Source of the DNA: an uncultured Bacteriovoracaceae bacterium
GTDB taxonomy: Bacteria; Bdellovibrionota; Bacteriovoracia; Bacteriovoracales; Bacteriovoracaceae
Direction: 5' to 3'
NCBI GenBank assembly: GCA_964012805.1
Contig: CAXGUD010000022.1
Location: forward strand, 10,773 to 74,772
DNA: 64,000 nt
Both the position numbers and the translations under genes were made by a program. Below, one piece after another: positions 1 through 8,398 of this stretch. The notes beneath the pieces are model-generated. The model made no database searches and was not told the origin of the DNA. It saw nothing but the letters and a program-made list of their open reading frames with translations. Numbering within the stretch: position 1 is the stretch's first letter; each line of letters begins with the position of its first letter.

Positions 1-382
1 TGCAACAAGCATCATTGAAGTAGGCATAAATGTTCCAAATGCAACAACTATTGCAATTTTTAAACCTGATTGCTTTGGGTTAAGCTCTCTTCATCAGCTT
101 AGAGGAAGGGTCGGTAGAGGTGGCAAACCAGGTTTTTGCTTTATAATAAAAACAAAAGAAATAACAAATGATCATTCTTTAAAACGTATCAAAACTTTCG
201 AAAAATATAACGATGGTTTCAAAATTGCTGACGAAGATTTAAGATTGAGAGGTGAGGGAGATATTATCGGTACTAAACAATCAGGTCTATCACCGTTCAA
301 AAGCCTTGAAACATTTGTTAAGATAGATGAAAATTTTTTATATAATATAGAACAAGACGTATTAAAATGCATCAAATACTAA
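1..382 (+). CDS. recG: ATP-dependent DNA helicase RecG, C-terminal part (5' truncated by window)
   Basis: Not in the ORF track. Frame 2 translates as ATSIIEVGINVPNAT...FGLSSLHQLRGRVGRG...DGFKIADEDLRLRGEGDIIGTKQSG (helicase motifs V/VI and TRG motif); TAA at 380-382. Confidence 0.95.
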   Translation, partial: ATSIIEVGINVPNATTIAIFKPDCFGLSSLHQLRGRVGRGGKPGFCFIIKTKEITNDHSLKRIKTFEKYNDGFKIADEDLRLRGEGDIIGTKQSGLSPFKSLETFVKIDENFLYNIEQDVLKCIKY

Positions 383-454
383 CCTATTTTGTTAGCCATC
401 AAAGTTAGATCTTTATCTACCACTTTTCTATAATTATGATATTATTGAATTATC

Positions 455-877
455 ATGATTAAAGTTTTCTTCTTAAAACCATACAATGAAAGTCTATCCT
501 TTCTATTCGATGATGTTACCATTGGACAAGATCCAAAATCGGATATAATCATACCGTCAGATAAATTTAACCTTCCTGAAATTTACTTAAAAATTAAAAA
601 AGAAAAGTTAGAAGTTTCTACAAACCAAAAAGATCTATTTTTCCTCCATAACCAAAAAAAAGTTTCTGGAAAAATAAGGCTCAAGCCCCAAGACACAGTC
701 TCGTTTGAATTTTGCGAATTTAAAATAGTCAATTTTATTAAAGAAATGAAACAAAACAATGAAAATGAATTTGAAAAGAATTATCAAGATTTAACAAAGA
801 AAGAAAATGAAGAGGAGAAAAAAATAATTGAAATGATTGAAAAAAATATTTTTATTATTGAAAAGGAATTAAACTGA
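455..877 (+). CDS. Hypothetical protein with degenerate FHA-like domain and C-terminal coiled coil
   Basis: VTIGQDPKSDIII...RLKPQDTVSF resembles the FHA pattern but lacks the G-R and SxxH phosphothreonine-binding residues. Confidence 0.5.
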   Translation: MIKVFFLKPYNESLSFLFDDVTIGQDPKSDIIIPSDKFNLPEIYLKIKKEKLEVSTNQKDLFFLHNQKKVSGKIRLKPQDTVSFEFCEFKIVNFIKEMKQNNENEFEKNYQDLTKKENEEEKKIIEMIEKNIFIIEKELN

Positions 878-878
878 T

Positions 879-1796
879 ATGTTCAAAAATAATCACCCTG
901 CTTATTTTTACACAAGTGATAAAGTTAGAATTTTTTACAACACTAACTTTAAGCAGGAAGATTTTGATCCTAAAAAAACTCTTTTAATTTTTAACTATGG
1001 ACTGGTATGTAGTAACTATCATTGGAAATTTCAACTTCCTTTTTTTGAAAGAAATAATTTTCAAATACTAATTCATGATTATCGGGGTCACTTCTCTTCA
1101 TCTAAAAAGGATGATTATAGAGATGTTAGTTTTTATAATATAACAAGAGACCTTTTTGAAATTGTTTTTTCTATGAGTAAGAAAGCCCTTAATAAAAATA
1201 TTATTTTAATTGGTCATAGTATGGGCGTTAATATCTCCATAGAGTTTGCAAGAAGATATCCAGACTTTGTTAGAGGAATGGTTTTAATATCGGGAACCCC
1301 TTACTCACCAAAAGATGTTATGTTCAATTCAAACTTAAGTCACTTTTTGTTCAAATTTCTTCGAATTATGAGGGATAAATTTCCTAATGGGATAAAGACT
1401 TTTTGGGAATCATCTTATTTAAATCCATTAGCAAGATGGATCATTTATGATGGTGGATTTAATAAAAGCTTTACTGATAAAAAATTTGTTGAAACTTATA
1501 TGAAAAGAATAGGTGAGCTTGATGTTGATCTATTTATTCACTTAATGAACGAAATGCATTTTCATGAAGGTATTTCGCATTTTTCTAATATCAACTCTCC
1601 CACGCTAATTATTGGTGGAGACAAAGATAAGCTAGTTCCAAATTATTTGCAAAAAATTTATAGTCTTAACCTAAGAGAGTCTGAGTTTTACCTTGTAAAA
1701 GAAGGAAGTCATGTACCCCAAGTTGATTTCCCAGAAAGTATTAACGAGAGAATTTTTAACTTTATAAAAAAACGTTGCCTTCTCCAGGAATTTTAA
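879..1796 (+). CDS. Alpha/beta-fold hydrolase
   Basis: DYRGH, nucleophile elbow GHSMG, GGDKDKLVP (Asp), GSHVP (His). Confidence 0.9.
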   Translation: MFKNNHPAYFYTSDKVRIFYNTNFKQEDFDPKKTLLIFNYGLVCSNYHWKFQLPFFERNNFQILIHDYRGHFSSSKKDDYRDVSFYNITRDLFEIVFSMSKKALNKNIILIGHSMGVNISIEFARRYPDFVRGMVLISGTPYSPKDVMFNSNLSHFLFKFLRIMRDKFPNGIKTFWESSYLNPLARWIIYDGGFNKSFTDKKFVETYMKRIGELDVDLFIHLMNEMHFHEGISHFSNINSPTLIIGGDKDKLVPNYLQKIYSLNLRESEFYLVKEGSHVPQVDFPESINERIFNFIKKRCLLQEF

Positions 1797-3038
1797 TTAA
1801 ATCTTTATATTTTTCAATTTTAATAACGGATCAAAAACTCTTTTCATAGCAGATATCTGTTGAGACCTCTTGTATTCTAAATGAGATGCCTCTCCTTCAG
1901 TGTTTCTTTTATTGCCTTCTTTATCAACGATTTGAACTTCATAAGGGTAAAAAAACCTTATATCTCTAGCTATTAAACTCATATCTAAAGATAAAACTTT
2001 TTTAGAAAGCTCTGTTTGGGCTTCACCCAGATCTTTGGCAACCTTTCTAACTTCATTAAAATCCTGCAAAAACGGATTTTTATAGTTAATTAGGTGCCGT
2101 GCCGTAAATTGAACAGTCTGATAATTATCGGATGAATGAATATTTCGATCTTTTCCTCCGACACTTTCAAATGAACAATCTTGGCATTCTCTCTCCATCG
2201 CCTGAATAAACCTATCTTCTGAAAGGTTATTCCTTAACGCCATTTTCAATAAATTTCTATATCGGCTTTTCAACTCTTCTAAATCAACAAGAGTGTTCAC
2301 AGAGCGGCTAGGTTTAATATTGTGAGGAATTACAATAGTATTTTCAATCAAAAATTTTACAACCATCAAAGTATCAAACTTAGTCTCTGTAATAAAACGA
2401 ATGCCTATTGTATCAAATAACTCCTCAGCAACATTTTCAGCTTTATGAAGTAATTTAATAATAACACTATCTCTAGTCTTTTTTGACTTTGTTTCAAAGT
2501 CTACAAGAGGAACTCGGTTGTCCTGCCCCTTTATACCTAAATAGAGCCTTTCTTTCTCCCTAAAAATATACTTATAAAATCTATCAAAAACCTGTTTTTG
2601 TATTTCAGGAAAATAGTTACTTCTTAAATCCTTATCGACATGTAGGATTGTATGCATCACCTTTAAAATAACTTCTGCCCACAACTTTTCTTCCATATTC
2701 TCAGGGCCTTCTTGTGTGGCCATAAGAAAAAGCTCATTAATATCTGTAATTCTATAAATCTGACTCGGCATCCTCAGATCCAAACCATCTTCATTTCCTT
2801 CCTTTAAAAAATATCTTCTTATAAATTGAAGTGATTCTTGAAAATTGCCAAAAAGCTCTGACTTGCTTACAAGGTCATTGGGATCAAGCCCATAACCCTT
2901 TAAAAAATTATTAGCCTCATCAACATTGTTGACCTGACCCACAAAAAACTTAGAATCTATTGCCGAGCGTCCATCTAGCATCACACCTATCAAGTCCCAG
3001 TCGAAAAGATATTTTGACAAATAGCTTGGTCTTTTCAT
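1797..3038 (-). CDS. TIGR04552/TIGR04562-type protein with RelA/SpoT-like nucleotidyltransferase fold
   Basis: KSKKTRDSVIIKLLHK, DTIGIRF, YQTVQF, YEVQIVD and ASHLEYK follow the order of RSH synthetase motifs. Confidence 0.75.
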   Translation of the reverse strand: MKRPSYLSKYLFDWDLIGVMLDGRSAIDSKFFVGQVNNVDEANNFLKGYGLDPNDLVSKSELFGNFQESLQFIRRYFLKEGNEDGLDLRMPSQIYRITDINELFLMATQEGPENMEEKLWAEVILKVMHTILHVDKDLRSNYFPEIQKQVFDRFYKYIFREKERLYLGIKGQDNRVPLVDFETKSKKTRDSVIIKLLHKAENVAEELFDTIGIRFITETKFDTLMVVKFLIENTIVIPHNIKPSRSVNTLVDLEELKSRYRNLLKMALRNNLSEDRFIQAMERECQDCSFESVGGKDRNIHSSDNYQTVQFTARHLINYKNPFLQDFNEVRKVAKDLGEAQTELSKKVLSLDMSLIARDIRFFYPYEVQIVDKEGNKRNTEGEASHLEYKRSQQISAMKRVFDPLLKLKNIKI

Positions 3039-3095
3039 AATTTTCCAATACCCTAGGAAAAATTTTTAAAACTTCTTTTTTGAAGGCTGTTTAAT

Positions 3096-3587
3096 ATGCA
3101 AAATCATAAACGTCCAAGCCTGAAGAATCCAGAAATTTTATTTCTTTCTTTTTTTGGGATTGGATTTCTTCCAAAAGCTCCTGGTACCTTTGCTAGTCTT
3201 GCTACACTCCCTTTTTTATTTTTGCTTGGCTCCAAAAACCCTCCAATTATTTTTTTCATTCCACCCCTTGTCATTTTGACCATTGCTTCATCTTTTATCA
3301 CACAAATGGCTCAAGAAAAGCATGATGCCTTAGACCCTTCATGGATCGTTATTGATGAAGTCATTGGAATGAGTATTGCGTGGCTCTTTATTCAAGACCA
3401 CAACATTTACCATCTCGTCATTCTATTTTGCCTATTTAGGTTTTTTGATATTTTTAAAATTGAACCTGTTCGCTATATTGATAAAAACTTAAAACATGGT
3501 TCAGGAGTCATCTTAGATGATGTTGTGGCGGGCTTATATGCTGGCCTTACTTATAAGATCATTCAGTTTTTTGAAATAATTCCATAA
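3096..3587 (+). CDS. pgpA: Phosphatidylglycerophosphatase A
   Basis: GIGFLPKAPGTFAS, DPSWIVIDEVIG, FRFFDIFK, GVILDDVVAG. Confidence 0.95.
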   Translation: MQNHKRPSLKNPEILFLSFFGIGFLPKAPGTFASLATLPFLFLLGSKNPPIIFFIPPLVILTIASSFITQMAQEKHDALDPSWIVIDEVIGMSIAWLFIQDHNIYHLVILFCLFRFFDIFKIEPVRYIDKNLKHGSGVILDDVVAGLYAGLTYKIIQFFEIIP

Positions 3588-3769
3588 AGTTTGCTTCAGC
3601 CTAATTTTATGCTCAGACATATCTTGGACTTAACTTTATTCTTCAATACTGGGCTTTTGAACATAAAAACGGGTAGCGACTTAAAAAATAAAATGATAAT
3701 CCTTCATCTTAAGTTTTGAGATTGATCTAAAAGCTTCGAATAGATACGCCCTTAGTTAGGAGAAATAAA

Positions 3770-4891
3770 ATGGCAAAACAAAACACCACAGTCTCTTCAT
3801 CCGAACAAAATGCGAAAAACAAAGCCCTTGAACTTGCCCTATCATCTATTGAAAAACAATTTGGAAAGGGTGCAATTATGAAGCTAGATGGAAAAAGCAC
3901 GGAAAAAGTACCTGCGATTTCCACAAGTTGCCTCAGTCTCGACTTAGGGCTTGGAATAGGTGGTATTCCTCAAGGAAGAATCGTAGAAATTTATGGACCA
4001 GAGTCTTCCGGAAAAACAACTTTAACAATTCATATTGCCTCAGAGTGCCAAAAAGCGGGTGGAACTGTCGCATTTATAGATGCGGAGCATGCTTTAGATA
4101 CAAGCTACGCCGCTAAATTAGGAATGGATATTCCCAATACTCTTATTTCTCAACCAGACAGTGGAGAACAAGCACTAGAGATTTGTGACATGTTGGTACG
4201 GTCTGGTGCAGTTAATTTGCTTATCGTTGACTCCGTAGCTGCATTAACTCCAAGAGCTGAATTAGAAGGAGATATGGGAGATTCTCACATGGGACTCCAG
4301 GCAAGACTTATGTCTCAAGCACTAAGAAAACTTACTGGCTCTATCGCTAAAACAAATGCCACAGTTATTTTTATTAACCAGCTAAGAATGAAAATTGGCG
4401 TTATGTTTGGAAATCCTGAAACAACAACAGGTGGGAATGCACTCAAGTTTTACTCCTCTGTTCGCATGGACATTAGGAAAATTGGAGCCATCAAAGAGGG
4501 TGACAGCATTATCGGTAACAGAACAAAAATAAAAATCGTTAAAAACAAAATTGCTCCCCCCTTCAAAAATGTTGAGTTTGATATCATGTTTGGAAAGGGA
4601 ATCTCTAAATCCGGCGACCTTCTAGATATGGCTGTAGAGAGTGGCGTCATAGAAAAAGCGGGTGCTTGGTTTTCTTACAATAATGCGAAAGTTGGCCAAG
4701 GAAGAGAAAACTCCAAGCGCTTTTTAGAAGAAAACCCAGACATTATGAAAGAAATTAAAAATAAGATTCTTGTAAAAAAGGGCCTTCTAGAGGAGTCTCA
4801 GGAAGCAGACATTAATCAAGAAACAGGAGAAATTCTTGAAGAGAAGCCTACAAAAAAAAGCTCCTCAAAACAAAAGAAAAAGGTTCATTAG
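3770..4891 (+). CDS. recA: Recombinase RecA
   Basis: [48 protein letters not shown] upstream. Confidence 0.99.
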   Translation: MAKQNTTVSSSEQNAKNKALELALSSIEKQFGKGAIMKLDGKSTEKVPAISTSCLSLDLGLGIGGIPQGRIVEIYGPESSGKTTLTIHIASECQKAGGTVAFIDAEHALDTSYAAKLGMDIPNTLISQPDSGEQALEICDMLVRSGAVNLLIVDSVAALTPRAELEGDMGDSHMGLQARLMSQALRKLTGSIAKTNATVIFINQLRMKIGVMFGNPETTTGGNALKFYSSVRMDIRKIGAIKEGDSIIGNRTKIKIVKNKIAPPFKNVEFDIMFGKGISKSGDLLDMAVESGVIEKAGAWFSYNNAKVGQGRENSKRFLEENPDIMKEIKNKILVKKGLLEESQEADINQETGEILEEKPTKKSSSKQKKKVH

Positions 4892-4904
4892 AGTTATATA
4901 AAAT

Positions 4905-4937
4905 AAGAAGGCTCCCTTGTTTTAAGGAAGCCTTCTT
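4905..4937 (+). terminator. Hairpin between recA and recX (terminator/attenuator)
   Basis: AAGAAGGCTCCCTT (4905-4918) pairs with AAGGAAGCCTTCTT (4924-4937) with one mismatch; the U-tract is weak. Confidence 0.65.
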
Positions 4938-4958
4938 TAGCTCTCGAAGGAGCCTAAA

Positions 4959-5429
4959 ATTAAACAAAGTCCCGCTTATATAAAAACGCTTCAACTCCTG
5001 GCAAGACAGCCTTATTCACTTTTTCGTCTAAAAAAGAAACTACAAGAAAAGGATTTTGATCCTAAAGATATCGACTTGGCGATTCAAAGGGCCAAACACT
5101 TAAATTATTTATGCGAAAAGGATTACACATTTTCGAGAATTACTTCTCTTATGAGAAGAGGTTGTGCAACCTACCTCATTAAAAAAAGGCTAAAGATAGA
5201 GGACCAAATAGAGGTCACAAGTGAGGAAGTAGAAAAAGTTTTTAAAGAGCATAACATAACTGAAGAGTCCCTGATAAAGGAGATTATAGCCAAAAAAAAA
5301 CCTGCAGCGTTTAAAAATGAAATACATAAAGAAAAAGTTAAAAATAAAATCCTTAGGTATCTACAGAATAAAGGCTACAACTGGGATATTGTGTCTTTTT
5401 TAGTTGATGAGGAGTTCAAGGTACCCTAA
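4959..5429 (+). CDS. recX: Regulatory protein RecX, probable ATT start upstream of the ORF-track start at 5076
   Basis: Frame is open back to TAG at 4938-4940. AYIKTLQLLARQPYSLFRLKKKLQEKDF...LNYL matches RecX repeat 1, and KILRYLQNKGY matches the C-terminal repeat. Follows recA. Confidence 0.8.
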   Translation: MKQSPAYIKTLQLLARQPYSLFRLKKKLQEKDFDPKDIDLAIQRAKHLNYLCEKDYTFSRITSLMRRGCATYLIKKRLKIEDQIEVTSEEVEKVFKEHNITEESLIKEIIAKKKPAAFKNEIHKEKVKNKILRYLQNKGYNWDIVSFLVDEEFKVP

Positions 5430-5481
5430 AATCTAATCATCCCCGAGAGGTGGCTTCCACCTTCACTATTTTGAGAAAAAA

Positions 5482-7215
5482 ATGAAAAAAGTCATTTTAT
5501 TTGTGATCATTGTATTACTCCAGGCTTGCTCTAAACCTAAAGGAAAAGGTAGTGACACGGATATTCTTAACTTGGCCATCAGGGATAAAATTCCTACTTT
5601 TGACCCATCATCTGCCTATGACGTTGTTTCTTCAACTGTAATGTATCAAACCTATGAGCAACTTTATGAGTATCACTACTTAAAAAGACCATTCGCATTA
5701 AAACCCTTGCTCGCCAAAAGCATGCCAAAAATAGAAAATAATGGAAAAAGATATATTATAAACATTCAAAAAAATGTGCCTTACCATAGCGACCCTTCCC
5801 TAAAAGAGAGCCGTTTTCTTATTGCTCAAGACTTTATAAACCAAATTAAACGACTTGCCTTCAAACCAAATAAAAGTAATGGTTGGTGGTTATTTGACGG
5901 TAAAATAAAAGGATTAAATGAATTTAGAGAAAAAGCTGGCTCAGACTTCCAAAAATATATTAACCTTGAAGTTTCTGGCCTTAAAACAAGAGGAGATCAC
6001 ACCTTAATTATCGACCTTTTGGAACCTTACCCTCAAATGATCTATGCGCTATCAATGAGCTTTACGTCACCACTGCCTATTGAATCAATTATCTATTATA
6101 AAAATAACCTATCCAAAAATATAATAGGTACTGGTCCTTTCAAACTTGAGTCCTTAAAGCCCAATCATCCACTCACCCTAACTAAATTTAAAAAATACAA
6201 CCTTTCCTCATATCCAAAAAAAGGGGATAGGAGGTCCCATTCAAAGAAACTACTAATTGATGCTGGAAAGCCTCTACCTCTTTTAAACAAAATAAACTTC
6301 CATATTATAAAGAAACATGACTCAAGATGGAATGCGTTTATCAATAAAAAAATAGATATTATAAGCCTTTCTAAAGAACATCTAAAAATTGCACTCAATA
6401 AATTTGGAGAACTTAAAAGTAATTTAAAAGAAAAGAAAATTAATCTTCAAATATCTCCAACGCTCACCTTTTGGTGGCTTTCATTTAATATGAAAGACCC
6501 TCTTTTAGGAAAAAATAAGGATTTAAGAAAAGCTATTACTTATGCAATTGATAGAGATAAATTTATTGACTTATCCACAAACAAAACAGGGCAAAAAGCA
6601 AATTCCATTTACCCACCTGGTATTCCAGGTTACAGCCCTTCGAAAACGATTTCCATTAACTATGATATTGAGCTATCCAAAAAACTGCTTAAACAAGCAG
6701 GTTACCCCAACGGAAAAGGGCTTCCAGTTCTCCAATACGATACAAGAGGCGACACTGAGCTTACGAAGAAACAAGCTGAATACATAAAAAATCAGATGAA
6801 AAAAATTGGGATTAATGTAAAAGTTGTAGTTAACTCTTTTACCACTTTCCTCAAAAAAGTAAGAGAAGGGTCATTGCAGTTGTGGATGGGCGGTTGGTCT
6901 ATGGATTACCCTGATGCAGAGAATCTTCTACAACTCCTCTATTCAAAAAACTCCCCTCCAGGACCTAATGCAACCTTCTATAATAATAAAAACTTTGATA
7001 ACAGCTTCAAGAAGTTTAAAAAGGTTTATAGTATTCAAGAAAAGAAGGAGCTAATGGAATCAATGGAGGAGGAAGTCTTAAAAGACCTCCCATGGTTCAT
7101 GCTCTACTATCAAAGAACCTATACTCTCTTTCACAGCAATATCCAAAACTATAGGTACTCAGATATTATTCCAAATATCTACAAGTATCTAAGAATCAAA
7201 AAATCAAACCGGTAA
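5482..7215 (+). CDS. ABC transporter substrate-binding lipoprotein, family 5 (OppA/DppA-like)
   Basis: Lipobox LQAC, TFDP, YEQL, GTGPFKL, LRKAITYAIDR, GWSMDYPDAEN. No cognate permease nearby. Confidence 0.9.
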   Translation: MKKVILFVIIVLLQACSKPKGKGSDTDILNLAIRDKIPTFDPSSAYDVVSSTVMYQTYEQLYEYHYLKRPFALKPLLAKSMPKIENNGKRYIINIQKNVPYHSDPSLKESRFLIAQDFINQIKRLAFKPNKSNGWWLFDGKIKGLNEFREKAGSDFQKYINLEVSGLKTRGDHTLIIDLLEPYPQMIYALSMSFTSPLPIESIIYYKNNLSKNIIGTGPFKLESLKPNHPLTLTKFKKYNLSSYPKKGDRRSHSKKLLIDAGKPLPLLNKINFHIIKKHDSRWNAFINKKIDIISLSKEHLKIALNKFGELKSNLKEKKINLQISPTLTFWWLSFNMKDPLLGKNKDLRKAITYAIDRDKFIDLSTNKTGQKANSIYPPGIPGYSPSKTISINYDIELSKKLLKQAGYPNGKGLPVLQYDTRGDTELTKKQAEYIKNQMKKIGINVKVVVNSFTTFLKKVREGSLQLWMGGWSMDYPDAENLLQLLYSKNSPPGPNATFYNNKNFDNSFKKFKKVYSIQEKKELMESMEEEVLKDLPWFMLYYQRTYTLFHSNIQNYRYSDIIPNIYKYLRIKKSNR

Positions 7216-7318
7216 ATATTTCCATCTTACCAAAGCTCTAATTTTAGTTTTTCCATTTTAGGACGATATCTAAGCCAAATCTCCTATAGTTTTTAAAACT
7301 AAAAAAAAAGGACCCATA

Positions 7319-7723
7319 ATGCGGCAAAAAAACGCCATCATTATATTAATGATCTTCAGCTTCTCAACTCTGGTATACTCTAAGGACTACATCATCTTCA
7401 ATATATCCCAGCAAGTTCCCATGGGTTACAAAAATGAAAAAGTAAACAAGAACTTCTTCGTAAATATTGGAAAAATTCAAGGTGTTAAGGCAGGAACAGT
7501 TTTAGACGTCCACAGAAAAGTCTCAAAGTTAAACCCTTTAAAAACATGGAAGAGACACCGATTTGACGTTAAGGTTGGCCAACTTGAAGTCATTCACTCT
7601 GAAGACCATTCATCTATATGTAAAAGAAGAGGACCTAAATCTATGAAAAAAACAGATCATAGTCTTGAAATGGAATCCTTTTTGTTAGGAGATATTGTAT
7701 CAGTTAATATTAAGAAGAATTAA
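7319..7723 (+). CDS. Secreted hypothetical protein, FlgT C-terminal-like beta domain
   Basis: Signal peptide; FVNIGKIQGVKAGTVLDV...VGQLEV pattern. Confidence 0.5.
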   Translation: MRQKNAIIILMIFSFSTLVYSKDYIIFNISQQVPMGYKNEKVNKNFFVNIGKIQGVKAGTVLDVHRKVSKLNPLKTWKRHRFDVKVGQLEVIHSEDHSSICKRRGPKSMKKTDHSLEMESFLLGDIVSVNIKKN

Positions 7724-7727
7724 CTTA

Positions 7728-7973
7728 TTATTCTTCTGATTTTTCTCTCTCCGCCCTAAGAACTTCTCTTCTATCCTTGACCATTACGATCATTCTATCT
7801 ATAGCTTTTACTGTTTTTTCCATCCTAGTCAATTCTTTGGGGTCAACATCATCCTTTTTCTTAAGCCTACCAAGGACATATCCGCCCATGCCCTGAGCAA
7901 CTACAAGCTGATTACTAAGATCGTGGAGAAATACTCTTTCGGCACTCTTGGGCTGGTCGCTAGAATCACTCAC
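7728..7973 (-). CDS. Small stand-alone HisKA/DHp-like protein
   Basis: H-box-like FLHDLSNQL followed by two predicted helices; strong SD AGAGGAG 6 nt before GTG. Confidence 0.6.
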   Translation of the reverse strand: MSDSSDQPKSAERVFLHDLSNQLVVAQGMGGYVLGRLKKKDDVDPKELTRMEKTVKAIDRMIVMVKDRREVLRAEREKSEE

Positions 7974-8032
7974 ATTGCTCTCCTCTTAAAACAAATGGTA
8001 TTTCGTTAATTTTAACATTTTTTTTAAAAATT

Positions 8033-8317
8033 TTAATAGGAAATCTCTTCAAGCCTTACAATTTTTTTAACATTACCGATTAAATCAGTTTTTTTCATTG
8101 ATAAAAAGCCCAACTTTACAATGTACTCCTGATTTTCATTTATATCTAATATGGTATCTGACTCACCAATAATCCTTTCAACCCTTTTGCCGTTATAAAA
8201 GCCCTTAAAATGAAACTCATACCTTATGGTATTATTTTGTTTGGATATAGAAACGCATTTACTTAAAGCAAAAAATATGACCAAAGTTAAACAGTCCTTG
8301 ATTAAAGATATTTTCAA
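8033..8317 (-). CDS. Hypothetical protein
   Basis: 94-aa ORF filling the gap; start uncertain; no motif recognised. Confidence 0.5.
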   Translation of the reverse strand: MKISLIKDCLTLVIFFALSKCVSISKQNNTIRYEFHFKGFYNGKRVERIIGESDTILDINENQEYIVKLGFLSMKKTDLIGNVKKIVRLEEISY

Positions 8318-8398
8318 AGCTTTATTTACAAATTTATTTTAAAATTAAAGTTGAAAAGTCATCAAAATTACTGATTAGTAAAAATGGAGAAGTAACAA

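Noticed and set aside
3588..3769. LexA box or ncRNA upstream of recA
   Set aside because: No convincing dyad or structured RNA found by eye.
7243..7269. Fourth sigma28 promoter (TTTA-N15-GACGATAT) before the FlgT-C-like gene
   Set aside because: Two mismatches in each box; plausible but not supportable.
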